Below, in pieces: positions 63,658 to 64,000 of a stretch of DNA of 64,000 nucleotides. The notes beneath the pieces were generated by a model, which was not told where the DNA came from, did no database searches, and was given only the letters and a program-made list of their open reading frames with translations. The translations under genes were made by a program, and so were the position numbers. Within the stretch, counting starts at the first letter, position 1. Each line of letters starts with the position of its first letter. Source of the DNA: Mobula birostris (taxonomy: Eukaryota); contig NC_092397.1 of NCBI RefSeq assembly GCF_030028105.1, positions 31,711,097 through 31,775,096 on the forward strand, read 5' to 3'.

Positions 63658-64000
63658 TCAATGACGTTGCAGAAGATTGGAGGAGTAAGGCGTCTCCCAT
63701 AGTTGCGTGTGACTCGATCAGTCCCCAGGCAGCTTTCTGTCGGATCATTTCTGCTGCAGATCCTATTCCGGTAAATTAGTGTCGCCATCTCCCAACAGAC
63801 CGGAGTTATACAATCCACGGCGAGCATACTCCAGGAGTCAGACTGTGTTAGGATCGAGCCCTGAACGGGTCGAAGAGCTAATAATGGGGTCCCGCCTCGC
63901 GCAACACCAAATGGATAAAGAAATTCTGATTATAATTGTCCTTTCAAACCTCTAAGGATGTCGGATGGATCAGGAAGATGGAGGGGAGTGAACCAGTCCG

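Overview
Eukaryotic, vertebrate genomic DNA. The repeat complement (very abundant CR1, plus Rex1/Babar, Penelope-like, Nimb/I-clade and Tc1) suggests a cartilaginous fish; this is inference, not a database result. The window holds a dispersed replication-dependent histone cluster of seven intact intronless genes: H4(+), H2B(+), H2B(+), H2A(+), H1(+), H3(-), H4(-), each with a 3' stem-loop. It also contains a decayed C2H2 zinc-finger pseudogene and seven co-oriented, mostly degenerate tRNA genes at 54.7-63.7 kb, all embedded in nested retrotransposon debris. The most notable signals are: (i) about ten Penelope-type terminal repeats carrying minimal hammerhead-ribozyme motifs, including tiny palindromic copies, TSD-flanked copies and one core-intact copy just upstream of H1; (ii) a readable record of histone gene birth and death (orphan H4 and H2A promoters, orphan H4 3' ends, a microhomology junction, an inverted duplication); (iii) a divergent Cys-containing H1 with a 30-bp coding minisatellite and a TG-box/H1-box spacing of 354 bp. 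No clearly new protein-coding system is supported. Most short ORFs in the track are transposon fragments or antisense shadows. Repeat boundaries are approximate and were read by eye.
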